From positions 1 through 47,614 of the IMG/VR virus record IMGVR_UViG_3300049183_000012: 47,614 nucleotides of DNA. One strand, written 5' to 3'. The notes below the pieces were generated by a model. The model worked only from the letters and a program-made list of their open reading frames with translations, was not told the origin of the DNA and made no database searches. Source of the stretch: a virus. Lineage: Duplodnaviria; Caudoviricetes. The position numbers and the translations under genes were made by a program. This document shows positions 34,143 through 42,899 of the stretch, piece after piece (the stretch's first letter is position 1; each line of letters begins with the position of its first letter).

Positions 34143-35780
34143 TCAACGAAGTTCGATGGGGGCGCGGAACGTGAGGCACGGCGTGCCGCCGTACTCATGG
34201 GCGCCGATGTCGGGGGTGCTGTCGCGCTGGCACCAGAGCTTGTCGCGGAAGGCTTTGTCGGTGTTGCGGCCCGCGCTGCGCAGCGGTGATGACGAAGACA
34301 GTTCGATCACCGTGTTGCTACTGCTCGGCGTCGACGCGAGCAACGGGTCGGCGTTGCCGCCGTTGGTGTCGAAGCCTGCGGCCTGAGCTGCGCCGAGCGT
34401 GGCGTAGGTGGCCGACCACTGCCCGCTGCCCTGCTCGTAGCACCAGTTGTAATCCCACAGCGTGAAGGTCGCGCCGGCGTGAGCCCAGCAGTTCGCGCTC
34501 GACCCGCTGGCGATCTGCGCCAGGTTGTTGAAGACGCTGTGCCCGCTGCCGGCGTTGACGCTCACCGCCTGGCCGCTCGTGCCCGTGGCGTAATAGCTCG
34601 AGTTGTTGCGGACGATGGTGTCGCCGGCTGGGCAGACGGCGAGGTCTTGCGCGCTGCCCGGGTTCGCGATGTTGATGCCGGTGTGGCTGGTCGTAGTGGC
34701 GAAGGCGAAAGTCTCGTTGTTCTCGACGATCGCGCCGGGTGTGATGCGCAACAGGATCGCGCTGCTGCCGCTGTCGATGATCTTGTTCCCCCGCACGACG
34801 AGCCCGCGCACGCACTCTTCGTTCGAGCCATAGCCGTCCTGAATCGACAGGCCGATGCACTGGTTGTTGCCCCCCGGGGTCTCGACCGTGTTCTCTTCCA
34901 CCGTCAGGCCCGTCACCATGCCGCGGAACGTCATGTTCCCCGAGCCGCACACGCCACTCGTCAGGCTGTTGTTGCGGTAGACGTTCTGCCGGAAGGTGAT
35001 GCGCGATTGCGGCTCGGTGCCGCCCACGTAGCTGCCATGCTGCAGCGTGAAGGCGCCGCACCCCGCACTGGCCGGGTTGTTGTTCTCGAATAGCACACGC
35101 TCGACGAGGAAGTCGGTGGCGCTGCCGATGATCCCGTTCTGGCAGTTGCTGTCGATCGACAGGCCGTTCGGCGTCGTGCCGCGGAACGTCAGGTTGCGGA
35201 TGTTCGAACCGGTGTGTACTTCGACGCCGTTGGCCCAGTTGTCGACGCGCACGTCCTCGATCAGCGTCCACCGGGTGCTGCCGTAGAACACCAGGCCCGT
35301 GCCGCTCGGGCTCCCGCTCTTGGTGATGCGCACGCCGCGCAGTACATAGCCGCCATGGTCGGGTGCCGGGCAGGTGCCCGTGCAGAAGCCGCCGAACAGC
35401 ATCCCTGAGCCCGTGCCGCTGCTGTATTGCAGGATCGGGCGGCCGGTCGCGCCGTTGCTACAGTCGTAGTTCTCGACCGTGATGCGCGCCGTGCGCGTGG
35501 CGTTCGTGTTCTGCAGCAGCCAGCCGGTCGCGTTGCCGTCGACCCAGGCCGAGCCGTTGCACAGCCGCACGATGCTGCCGCCGGCCAGTGCGTTGATCGC
35601 GTCGTTGCTCGGCAGCGAGAGCTTGGGCGCGCTCGGGCTCGTGCCGGGGTTCGCGTCCGAGCCCGTGAGTGTCGAACAGTTCGCGTGCGCACCGGTGTCG
35701 CAACGGTTGTAGTAGACCGTCGTCTGCGCGTGCGCGCCCAGCGAGCACAGCAACAGGACGAGCGAAAGCAGGAGCCTCAT
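34143..35780 (-). CDS. Secreted right-handed parallel beta-helix (pectin-lyase-fold) protein
   Basis: Sec signal MRLLLSLVLLLCSLGAHA|Q, GSDANPGTS..P motif, xRNN/xENN beta-helix repeats, C-terminal PDIGAHE. Confidence 0.75.
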   Translation of the reverse strand: MRLLLSLVLLLCSLGAHAQTTVYYNRCDTGAHANCSTLTGSDANPGTSPSAPKLSLPSNDAINALAGGSIVRLCNGSAWVDGNATGWLLQNTNATRTARITVENYDCSNGATGRPILQYSSGTGSGMLFGGFCTGTCPAPDHGGYVLRGVRITKSGSPSGTGLVFYGSTRWTLIEDVRVDNWANGVEVHTGSNIRNLTFRGTTPNGLSIDSNCQNGIIGSATDFLVERVLFENNNPASAGCGAFTLQHGSYVGGTEPQSRITFRQNVYRNNSLTSGVCGSGNMTFRGMVTGLTVEENTVETPGGNNQCIGLSIQDGYGSNEECVRGLVVRGNKIIDSGSSAILLRITPGAIVENNETFAFATTTSHTGINIANPGSAQDLAVCPAGDTIVRNNSSYYATGTSGQAVSVNAGSGHSVFNNLAQIASGSSANCWAHAGATFTLWDYNWCYEQGSGQWSATYATLGAAQAAGFDTNGGNADPLLASTPSSSNTVIELSSSSPLRSAGRNTDKAFRDKLWCQRDSTPDIGAHEYGGTPCLTFRAPIELR

Positions 35781-36127
35781 GACGCTGTCACCTCAATCTC
35801 TTGACCGAGATCGCCGACCGTGCTGCCGTCGTAGCCGGCCGGCTTGCAGAAGTAGTTGTCGGCGGCCACGTTGTTCACCGTCACCGACGTGAGGCCGGTG
35901 CCGGCCGAGACCTTGCGGTAAGGCCAGTCAGCGGGATCGACGCTGCCGTTCGTCGCGGTGTCGTAGTACAGAACGATGCCGTCCGTGTCGTCGACCGCGG
36001 CGAAGTTCACGGTGAAGCTGGCCGAGCCCGATGGCCCCGGCACGTCTTCAAGCGGCGGGGCCGGTGGAGGCGCGGCCACGGCGATCGTGGCACCGCCGCT
36101 GCGCTGACCGAACGCCCCGAACCTCAT
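35777..36127 (-). CDS. Fibronectin type III-like small protein
   Basis: FTVNF..V...GIVLYY...TSVTVNNV...YF pattern; coupled at both ends. Confidence 0.55.
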   Translation of the reverse strand: MRFGAFGQRSGGATIAVAAPPPAPPLEDVPGPSGSASFTVNFAAVDDTDGIVLYYDTATNGSVDPADWPYRKVSAGTGLTSVTVNNVAADNYFCKPAGYDGSTVGDLGQEIEVTAS

Positions 36128-36882
36128 GCAGGCACCAGACGGAACGCGTAGGCGTCCCAAAACAGGTCGCTGGACGTGGTCTGGTTGCAGCGAATCTGCA
36201 TGTTGCAGGAGGTGCCTGACGCGACCTGCATCACCCACACGCCGCCGTCCCACGTGCGCGACTCGCCCGCGCTGGGTTGCGTCAGGATCACGTTGTCGGT
36301 GATGCCGGTGTTGTCGAAGGCGATGCCGTCGTTGCTGCCGTAGCCCGTCGCAAAATGGGCAAGGATGATGTCGCCGGAACTGATGCCGGTGACGTTGACG
36401 CTGGCAAGCCCAGTCGTGTCCGTGAAGTTGCCGGAATTGACCGCCACGCTGTCGTAGGGCGCGGTCTGGTGGACGTTCTCGAAGGCCACGCCTTGGACGA
36501 TCGTACCCAGGGAGTCGGTCGAGAAGGTGGCGTAGATTTCCGAGGTGCCGCTCGGCCCGGGCACTGCGATGTAGCGACCGGCCCGGCAACTGTCAGAGTA
36601 GAACTGACGGTCCGAGCTGGTCATCGGCGAACCCATCGACGTGCCGCCCGAGCCGCCGTAACGACAGCCTGGCGAGCCCAGCACCGGCGAAGGTGAACTC
36701 GGCTGGCGGCCGACGATCGACCCGATGATGCAGGGGTTCGTGCCGCCAGCGGTGAAGCTCGCGGTGGTCCCGTTGTTCGTGCTGTAAGCCGTCGCTAGGG
36801 ACGCGGCACCGCGCAGCGTCGGGGCGCTGCCGCCGCCCCCACCACCGACGGTGCCGTATCGCACGAGCGGCAGGATCAGCAT
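36124..36882 (-). CDS. Hypothetical Gly/Ser/Thr-rich beta protein (possible virion decoration)
   Basis: Coupled ORF in the structural operon; poly-Gly linker. Confidence 0.65.
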   Translation of the reverse strand: MLILPLVRYGTVGGGGGGSAPTLRGAASLATAYSTNNGTTASFTAGGTNPCIIGSIVGRQPSSPSPVLGSPGCRYGGSGGTSMGSPMTSSDRQFYSDSCRAGRYIAVPGPSGTSEIYATFSTDSLGTIVQGVAFENVHQTAPYDSVAVNSGNFTDTTGLASVNVTGISSGDIILAHFATGYGSNDGIAFDNTGITDNVILTQPSAGESRTWDGGVWVMQVASGTSCNMQIRCNQTTSSDLFWDAYAFRLVPA

Positions 36883-37760
36883 CAGAACACCGTCATTTCG
36901 ATGTTGCCGGTGAGCTTCAGGCAGGTGCTGTTGCTCGAGGCCGTGACGACGATGTCATCGCCCACCGCCACCGTGTTCGTGGCGCTGTGGGCCTGCGACT
37001 GCTCGGTGCTGCTCACGCTGTTGGCAGTGCCGCCCAAGGCGGTCGTGTTGATCTTCGCGGTCAGCGTGCAGGTGCCGCTCGCGCTCTTGGTGGTCACGTT
37101 CGTGATGCGGCCCGCCCAGATGCTTTTCAGCACGATCGTGTAGTCGCCGTCGGCCACGGTCTCGATCGCGAACGGGATCATCACCTTGGTGCCGGGCACG
37201 CCCTGCAGCAGGTTGACCGAGCCCTTGCGACGCCAGGTCAGCACGGCGTAGCCGTTGGCCGGCATGATGAACGTGGTGATGTCCTCGTTCGTGTTGACGT
37301 TGCGCGAGCTCGGGATTGTCACCGTCACGGCCGCGCTGTGGCCGGTGATCTCGATGCCGAACTCCTGGCCGTCGCTTGGCGTGTCGCTGAACGTGAACGT
37401 CGTGTCGGCGCTCAGGGTCTTGGTGTTGCGCGCCTTGGTGATGTCGATGGCGTTGGCACCCATCGCCGCCCCGGTGAACAGGTCGGTGCCCCCGTGCGTC
37501 TCCAACCCGGTGAAGCTGGGCGCGGCAGACGGCGCCTTCGCGGCCAGGGCGGTCGTCGTGCTGCTGGCGTCCGCCTTTGCCGCGAGCGCGGTGTTCAGGT
37601 CGGATTGGTCCGACAGCGTGCCGGTGATCGAGCCCCACGCGCCGCCTCCGCCGCCCGAGAACACCTCGTCTTTGTCGGTGAGTGGGTTGCGGTAGCCGAC
37701 GATCGCGCCGGCGGCGCTGATGATCCACCGCACACCATTGATGATCGTTCCGTTTGCCAT
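36882..37760 (-). CDS. Head-fibre or decoration-like protein
   Basis: AWGSITGTLSDQSDL..ALAAKA fibre motif followed by beta-sandwich-like segments. Confidence 0.65.
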   Translation of the reverse strand: MANGTIINGVRWIISAAGAIVGYRNPLTDKDEVFSGGGGGAWGSITGTLSDQSDLNTALAAKADASSTTTALAAKAPSAAPSFTGLETHGGTDLFTGAAMGANAIDITKARNTKTLSADTTFTFSDTPSDGQEFGIEITGHSAAVTVTIPSSRNVNTNEDITTFIMPANGYAVLTWRRKGSVNLLQGVPGTKVMIPFAIETVADGDYTIVLKSIWAGRITNVTTKSASGTCTLTAKINTTALGGTANSVSSTEQSQAHSATNTVAVGDDIVVTASSNSTCLKLTGNIEMTVF

Positions 37761-37776
37761 GCTCGCGGCTTTCTAG

Positions 37777-37800
37777 AAAAAGGGCCGCGCAAGGCGGCCC
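37777..37800 (-). terminator. Rho-independent terminator after the capsid/cement genes
   Basis: Minus strand GGGCCGC-CTTGC-GCGGCCC followed by TTTTT. Confidence 0.75.
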
Positions 37801-37823
37801 GTTCAGGTCATCGTGGTCAGCGG

Positions 37824-38156
37824 TCAGGCCAGGCTGTCACCTGCCCCGGCCAGTTCGGCACCCTTGCGCTGCACGGCGTTCTTGACGGCCACCGGGCGGG
37901 TGTCGGCGGCCTTCACCTTCGCCGCCTTCTCGGCGAGAACCTTTTGGGCCTCGTCCTTCAGGCGTGCCCACTTGGGCAGGCGTCGCAACCCGTCTTCGGC
38001 CAGCTTGTGGGCGGGCGTATCCGGGTGCGGCGTGCGGTCGAACGTGAACGTCGTGCCGGGCTCGACCGTGACAGGCCCGAGACTGCCGCGCGGCATGAAG
38101 CCGCGCTCGACCGCCACGAGCTGCACGATGTTGGATTTCTTGGCCTGCTCGCTCAT
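37824..38156 (-). CDS. Hypothetical structural-region protein
   Basis: LVAVERGF...PGTTF...W pattern; follows the cement gene. Confidence 0.7.
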   Translation of the reverse strand: MSEQAKKSNIVQLVAVERGFMPRGSLGPVTVEPGTTFTFDRTPHPDTPAHKLAEDGLRRLPKWARLKDEAQKVLAEKAAKVKAADTRPVAVKNAVQRKGAELAGAGDSLA

Positions 38157-38158
38157 GA

Positions 38159-38653
38159 TCAGGCCACGTTGTCAGCGTAGGCACGATAGAGCGCCGGGTC
38201 GCTGGTCAGGAACGCGTTGATCTTGCCCGCGGTCGTGGTCGTGGTGCCCGTGGTCGCGAGGATGCCGAGGTATTTCTCGTAGCTGCCGCTGGGCAGCTTG
38301 ATGCACGCGATCAGGCCGCCGACGTTGAACTTGCTGTCGTTGGCAGCAGAGTCGTCGGTCACGAGGGCCGGCGTCTGGTAGTGCACCGTGCAGTTCGCCA
38401 CCACGCCGCCGCCCAGTGTCGCGAGCGCGTCGGATACGAGGGAGAACTGCAGGGTGCCGGCCGCGCCGGCGGTGATCACTTCCTCGCTGCCGGTCTGCAG
38501 CACGAGATACAGGTCGGAGCCTTCGAGGTCGACCGTGGTGTTCGGCGAAACCGAAGCCGGGTCGAGGTCGATCACGTCGCCGATCAGGGCGGTGCCCGCG
38601 GCTGCGGCCACCGACACGTCGTCGGCAAATTCGAGTCGTTCGTCCATCAACAT
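38159..38653 (-). CDS. Capsid cement protein (Bbp16-like)
   Basis: MLMDERLEF..., DVIDL, TAGKINAFL; directly after the capsid gene; AAAGGA RBS. Confidence 0.8.
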   Translation of the reverse strand: MLMDERLEFADDVSVAAAAGTALIGDVIDLDPASVSPNTTVDLEGSDLYLVLQTGSEEVITAGAAGTLQFSLVSDALATLGGGVVANCTVHYQTPALVTDDSAANDSKFNVGGLIACIKLPSGSYEKYLGILATTGTTTTTAGKINAFLTSDPALYRAYADNVA

Positions 38654-38685
38654 GATGTCTTTTCCTTTCGTTCGGGTCAGCCGGC

Positions 38686-39684
38686 TTAGATGCCCGACTC
38701 GGTGCTCAGAATCTGGTCGACACGGCGGATCGGCACGCCGCGGAACTTCGTGACGACCTTGCCCTGCGCGTCCTCGATCGTCTTGAACGAGAGCAGCGGG
38801 TCGCGGTTCATCTGCAGGTCGAACGCGTCGAGCGCGTCGCGGTTCATGTAGATGGCCGGGCGGCACATGTTCAGGTTCGGGATGCGGCGCATCGCCTTCG
38901 CCAGCAGGTCGCGCAGCACGGGGCCGGTAGCGCCCGATGCGACGATGTCTTCGAGGTCGAAGTTCACGCGCACGATGTAGCGCCAGTCGCGCACCACCAT
39001 GCCGGCATCCCAGCGGTAGTGCGTGCGGTAGGCTTCCATCCGGCCGCCGGCGCCGTCCACGTTCTCGATCGTGACCTGGCCCTTGTCTTCGATCTGGATG
39101 CCGGCCTGCGAGCCCTTCGGGTAGATCATGTGGCAGGTGTTCGGGCCCCAGCCCACGACCCACAGGGACGTGTTGTCGGTGCCGTCGGGTGTGGCCGCGC
39201 TGGTCAGGATGTTCTCGCCGTTGACGGCGGCCTGATCGTTGAAGCGCGGCGCCAGGCCGGTGAAGCCTTCGGGCTCGGTCGCCTCGTTGCCGTAGATCAT
39301 GTAGCGGGCCAGCTTCTGGCCGAAGCCTTCCACGATCGCGGCCTCTTCGGACAGGCGCCACGCGGCGCTGTTGCCGTTCAGGTCGGCCAAGGCCTTGTCG
39401 ACCTCGGCGTAGTTTTCCAGCATGCCGAGGCCTTCGCGCACCTTCACGCTGGTGCTCTTGGTCGGCTGCACGCCGCCATAGAGCTTGCGGAAGGTCGGCT
39501 CGGGGATACCGGTGCGGATGCTGGTGACGTGACCGGTGAGCTCGTTCGACTCGAGCCACACGGCATCGTCGAGGATTTCATTGGTCTGCGACAGCATTTC
39601 GATGACCGGCGCGACCTTGTTATTCGCGTCGAGGCGCGACTTCAGGTCAAGCAGGGTCGGGTGAGTTGCGGCGAGGGTTGCCAT
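38686..39684 (-). CDS. Major capsid protein (BPP-1 Bbp17-like)
   Basis: IEMLSQTNEILDD, YAEVDKALA, FTGLAPRF, IYPKGSQAG, VRDWRY, FRGVPIRRVD. Confidence 0.93.
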   Translation of the reverse strand: MATLAATHPTLLDLKSRLDANNKVAPVIEMLSQTNEILDDAVWLESNELTGHVTSIRTGIPEPTFRKLYGGVQPTKSTSVKVREGLGMLENYAEVDKALADLNGNSAAWRLSEEAAIVEGFGQKLARYMIYGNEATEPEGFTGLAPRFNDQAAVNGENILTSAATPDGTDNTSLWVVGWGPNTCHMIYPKGSQAGIQIEDKGQVTIENVDGAGGRMEAYRTHYRWDAGMVVRDWRYIVRVNFDLEDIVASGATGPVLRDLLAKAMRRIPNLNMCRPAIYMNRDALDAFDLQMNRDPLLSFKTIEDAQGKVVTKFRGVPIRRVDQILSTESGI

Positions 39685-39702
39685 TTTTCAGGGCCTTTCA
39701 GG

Positions 39703-40416
39703 TCACGGGTTCATCTTCGACTTGTCGTAGAAACGAGTCGCGGTGCTTTCAGTGGTGGTCGTCTTGCCGCCGGGCACGAACGAGTCTTCACTGATCGCCT
39801 TGCCGGCGCGGTAGAACGCGCGCAGAACTTCGGGGTGGTTGCCCAGCCCGGTCTTGCGCAGCACGTCGCGCAGCTCAGGGGTGCCGAAGGCGTCGATCGC
39901 TTTCTTCGCGGTCGCGAGGTTCGCGGCGAATTGCTCGCCGCCGAATTCCTTGTCTGCCTTGGCCGAGGCCGCCCAGGTGGCGTGATCCGCGAGCCCGACC
40001 TGATCCAGCACGGCCGCCTGCGTTTCCGCGACGGTCTTCTCGATCAGCTTGGGCGCGAAGTCCATGACCTTCTGCGCTGCCTCTTGCGAGAGGTTCAACT
40101 CTTTCAGCACCGGGGTGAACTCGCCGAGCAGTTGCTCGTCGAGTGCATAGCCCTCGGGCATCTTGAAAGCCTCGTAGGCCTCGGGTGCGCCGGCCGGCTT
40201 GTCGCCTTCCTTCGTGCCCTCTTCCGTCTTGGCTTCGGTGGTTGCACCGGCCTCGCCCTCGACCTTCGCGGTGGTCGACCCTTCGGTCGTCGTTGCGGCG
40301 GTCGTCTGCGCGCCGTTCACGTTCGTCGTGTCGGCGGTCGTCTGGTCACCCGTGGTCGCGGCAGTGGTGTCTTGTGCGCCGGCAGTGAGCAGAGTGTCGG
40401 GGGATACGGTATCCAT
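39703..40416 (-). CDS. Capsid scaffolding/assembly protein
   Basis: Low-complexity N-terminus, APEAYE.F, DKEFGG, TGLGNHPE, ISED; precedes the capsid gene. Confidence 0.8.
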   Translation of the reverse strand: MDTVSPDTLLTAGAQDTTAATTGDQTTADTTNVNGAQTTAATTTEGSTTAKVEGEAGATTEAKTEEGTKEGDKPAGAPEAYEAFKMPEGYALDEQLLGEFTPVLKELNLSQEAAQKVMDFAPKLIEKTVAETQAAVLDQVGLADHATWAASAKADKEFGGEQFAANLATAKKAIDAFGTPELRDVLRKTGLGNHPEVLRAFYRAGKAISEDSFVPGGKTTTTESTATRFYDKSKMNP

Positions 40417-40424
40417 GGCCGCGG

Positions 40425-40460
40425 ATGATGCGGTCACTTCTCCGCGCTATGTGCACGCTG
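40425..40460 (-). promoter_or_regulatory. Late promoter motif GTGCACAT-N18-CATCAT
   Basis: Second copy; the ATG lies 8 nt after the -10. Confidence 0.65.
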
Positions 40461-40766
40461 TGGTGTCGGCTGCATTTCGCGCAGCATCACGACGTAGTTC
40501 TCGAAGGCGAACTCGGTGATCTGGCCCTTGAGCTGCAGGCCGATGTTGCGCTCGCCTTCCTTGAACATGCCGGTGCTGTTGCCGGTGAACGTGCTGTGAT
40601 CGACGTGGCACAGGGTCAGCCACCGGCGCATCAGGCGACGGCCGCGCGGGTCGGCCATCAGCCACTGCGTATCGGCGGCCAACTGCTCGGCCTCGAACTG
40701 CTGACGCTTGGCCTGCTGCTCTTTCGCCGCGGCGCGCTGCGCCGGGTCGAGCGGGTCGTAGCTCAC
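40434..40766 (-). CDS. Bbp19-like protein
   Basis: WLMADPRGRR, F.EGERNIGL. Confidence 0.8.
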   Translation of the reverse strand: MSYDPLDPAQRAAAKEQQAKRQQFEAEQLAADTQWLMADPRGRRLMRRWLTLCHVDHSTFTGNSTGMFKEGERNIGLQLKGQITEFAFENYVVMLREMQPTPQRAHSAEK

Positions 40767-40831
40767 GACAGCACCGCGCAGCTCGCGATGGCGAGCGTGA
40801 GCAGGAACGCGATCAGGAAGGCGAGTCGCAT
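40763..40831 (-). CDS. 22-aa hydrophobic peptide (MRLAFLIAFLLTLAIASCAVLS)
   Basis: Start overlaps the portal stop (TGATG) and its stop overlaps the next GTG start (GTGA). Confidence 0.45.
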   Translation of the reverse strand: MRLAFLIAFLLTLAIASCAVLS

Positions 40832-42549
40832 CACATCCCCGGGATCGAGTAACCGCTGAACGACGAGGCCGCCGCGCTCAAGCCCTCGGGGTCGGTCTCG
40901 CTCATGTCCTTGGCCGCGCCGGCCAGGTCTTTCGCGGCCGGCGCCATCGCGGCCAGCGCGGCGGCCTGTTCTTTCGCCGCGCGTTCCTTGCGGATGATCG
41001 CGATCTTGTCGTCGGCCACCACGAGCGACGGGTCGATGCCCAGCGCGTCGGCATACACGTCGGCGAGCTGGTCCTCGTCGAGCTTGTCGAGAATCCCGGG
41101 TTTGATGCCCGAGACCGAGGCGATCGTGCCGACGTAGCGGTCGATGGCCGTGACGCCCACCGCGCGCTGCGCTTGCGCGAGCGTGCTGATGAACTCGATG
41201 TCGAGGTCGGCGCCGTGCAGTTCCTGCGGCGGCTCGAGCGGCATGCCCGGTGCGAACAAGCCGGCCCGCAGCATCTTCGCGAAGGTGATCTCGACGTAGG
41301 GCTGCAGCATTTCGGTGTGCAGCGATTCGAGCACCGGGCCCAACATGAGCAGCTTTTCCTCGTGGCGCTCGGCGATCTCGCGGGCCGTCACGTTGCTGCG
41401 CGTGTCGTTCGCCAGCATCTTGAACAAGTCGACGAAGAACGCCTTGTTGATGCGGTCGCGCACGTCTTGGATGTCGGCGAGCAGGTGGTCGAGCCGCAGG
41501 TTCACCTCGAACGCGCTGCGCACGCCGCCGGTGGGGTTGGCCGAATCCACGTACATGACCCCGCCCGGCAAGCGGTCGAGGTCTTGGTTCTTGTAGGCGA
41601 CGGGCACCTGCAGCGGCGGCTCGACTTGGTAGTCGATGGCCGTGGACTTCTTCAACTGCTCCTGCTGCAGTTGCTTGATCGAGCCGAGCGCGATGGCCGC
41701 CGGCCAGCGGCTGGCGTAGGTGTCCTCGCCGTCGGTCAGCCAGCGCGGGCAAATGGCCGGGAATTCCTTGAAGCCCGACTCGCGCAGGTACTTTGCTTCG
41801 CTGTCTCGGCCGAGCTCGAGGTAGCACGACTTGAACGGCATGTTCCGCGCGTCGCGCTTGCCGTAGTCACGGTCGCGCCGCGGCTCGATCCCGTGCAGCA
41901 CCGGCACAGCGTTGTCGTAGTTGAACCGGTCCCACTGGTTGCGCACGGACTGCGAGCAGTTGTTGTAGCCGAACTCCTGCACGAGCTGCGCGACGGTCTT
42001 CTCCATCGTGCGGTAGAGCGTGTCGGTCTGGCCCAGGTGGTTCAGGCCGATCGCGTAGCTGCCGAAGGCCAACGGGTAGTTGTGCAGCACGTTGTCGAAG
42101 TTGTCGACCACGATGTTCGCGGCCACGCCGAACGCACCCACCTGGCCGTAGCAGGTGCGAAACGCCCGGTAGGTGTTCGACTTCGCGAAGATTTGCAGCA
42201 TCTTCAGCGTGACCTTCGACAGCCATGCCTTGACCGGCGCGTATTCCATCAGGTCGCGATCCGGCGTCGCGAGCTTCACCCACGGGCGTGCCGGGCTGGT
42301 GAGGCCGGCCATGAGGCCCGCTTCGAGCACGCCGTGAGCGAGCGTGCCGGTCTCGTCGATGATCGAGTTGTAGCTGTCGGCGCCGCCCTTGTTGCGGTCG
42401 GTCTCGCTGAAGCGCACGGCACGCGGCAGCAGGAAATCGGCGATGTCCTGAGCGTGCGAGTCGTAGCTGCTGCGGTCCTTCCACAGCGAGTTTTTGCGCA
42501 TCAGCATGCGCTGCTGCGGGGTCTTCGGATCGACGTGGTTCTGCTGCAT
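40831..42549 (-). CDS. Portal (head-to-tail connector, Bbp21-like)
   Basis: AGLMAGLTSPARPW, LRESGF, FFVDLF, TAREIAERHEEKLLMLGPVLE. Confidence 0.93.
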   Translation of the reverse strand: MQQNHVDPKTPQQRMLMRKNSLWKDRSSYDSHAQDIADFLLPRAVRFSETDRNKGGADSYNSIIDETGTLAHGVLEAGLMAGLTSPARPWVKLATPDRDLMEYAPVKAWLSKVTLKMLQIFAKSNTYRAFRTCYGQVGAFGVAANIVVDNFDNVLHNYPLAFGSYAIGLNHLGQTDTLYRTMEKTVAQLVQEFGYNNCSQSVRNQWDRFNYDNAVPVLHGIEPRRDRDYGKRDARNMPFKSCYLELGRDSEAKYLRESGFKEFPAICPRWLTDGEDTYASRWPAAIALGSIKQLQQEQLKKSTAIDYQVEPPLQVPVAYKNQDLDRLPGGVMYVDSANPTGGVRSAFEVNLRLDHLLADIQDVRDRINKAFFVDLFKMLANDTRSNVTAREIAERHEEKLLMLGPVLESLHTEMLQPYVEITFAKMLRAGLFAPGMPLEPPQELHGADLDIEFISTLAQAQRAVGVTAIDRYVGTIASVSGIKPGILDKLDEDQLADVYADALGIDPSLVVADDKIAIIRKERAAKEQAAALAAMAPAAKDLAGAAKDMSETDPEGLSAAASSFSGYSIPGM

Positions 42550-42551
42550 GG

Positions 42552-42890
42552 TCAGCCCAGCAGCGTCGAAGCGCCGAGGTTCAGTTGCGCTTGTGTCACG
42601 CCGCTCGGGCCGGTAAGCATCGTCTCGCTGTAGGCGGGGCCGCCGGTGTTGTTGCGGCGCTTCAGCGGCTGCGTGTTCGGGGCCTTGGCGCCTTGCGGCC
42701 GAACGGGCGTGGCCGGCGGGGGTGGCGGCTCGGCCGCGTGCACGCCGATCTGCTTGTGGCGTTCCTCGGCCTTGTTGTTCGTGCGCATGTAGTGCGGATC
42801 GACCGACTCGCCCACGGTCGGCACCCACTTGCTCTTCGAGCCGGGGGGCTTGGCGCCAGGTAGCTTGTCAATGTTCTCGCCGACGCACAT
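42552..42890 (-). CDS. Small virion-associated protein upstream of the portal
   Basis: MC start, Pro-rich, C-terminal TMLTG..G....LG..TLLG typical of this position. Confidence 0.7.
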   Translation of the reverse strand: MCVGENIDKLPGAKPPGSKSKWVPTVGESVDPHYMRTNNKAEERHKQIGVHAAEPPPPPATPVRPQGAKAPNTQPLKRRNNTGGPAYSETMLTGPSGVTQAQLNLGASTLLG

Positions 42891-42899
42891 AGGATGGGG

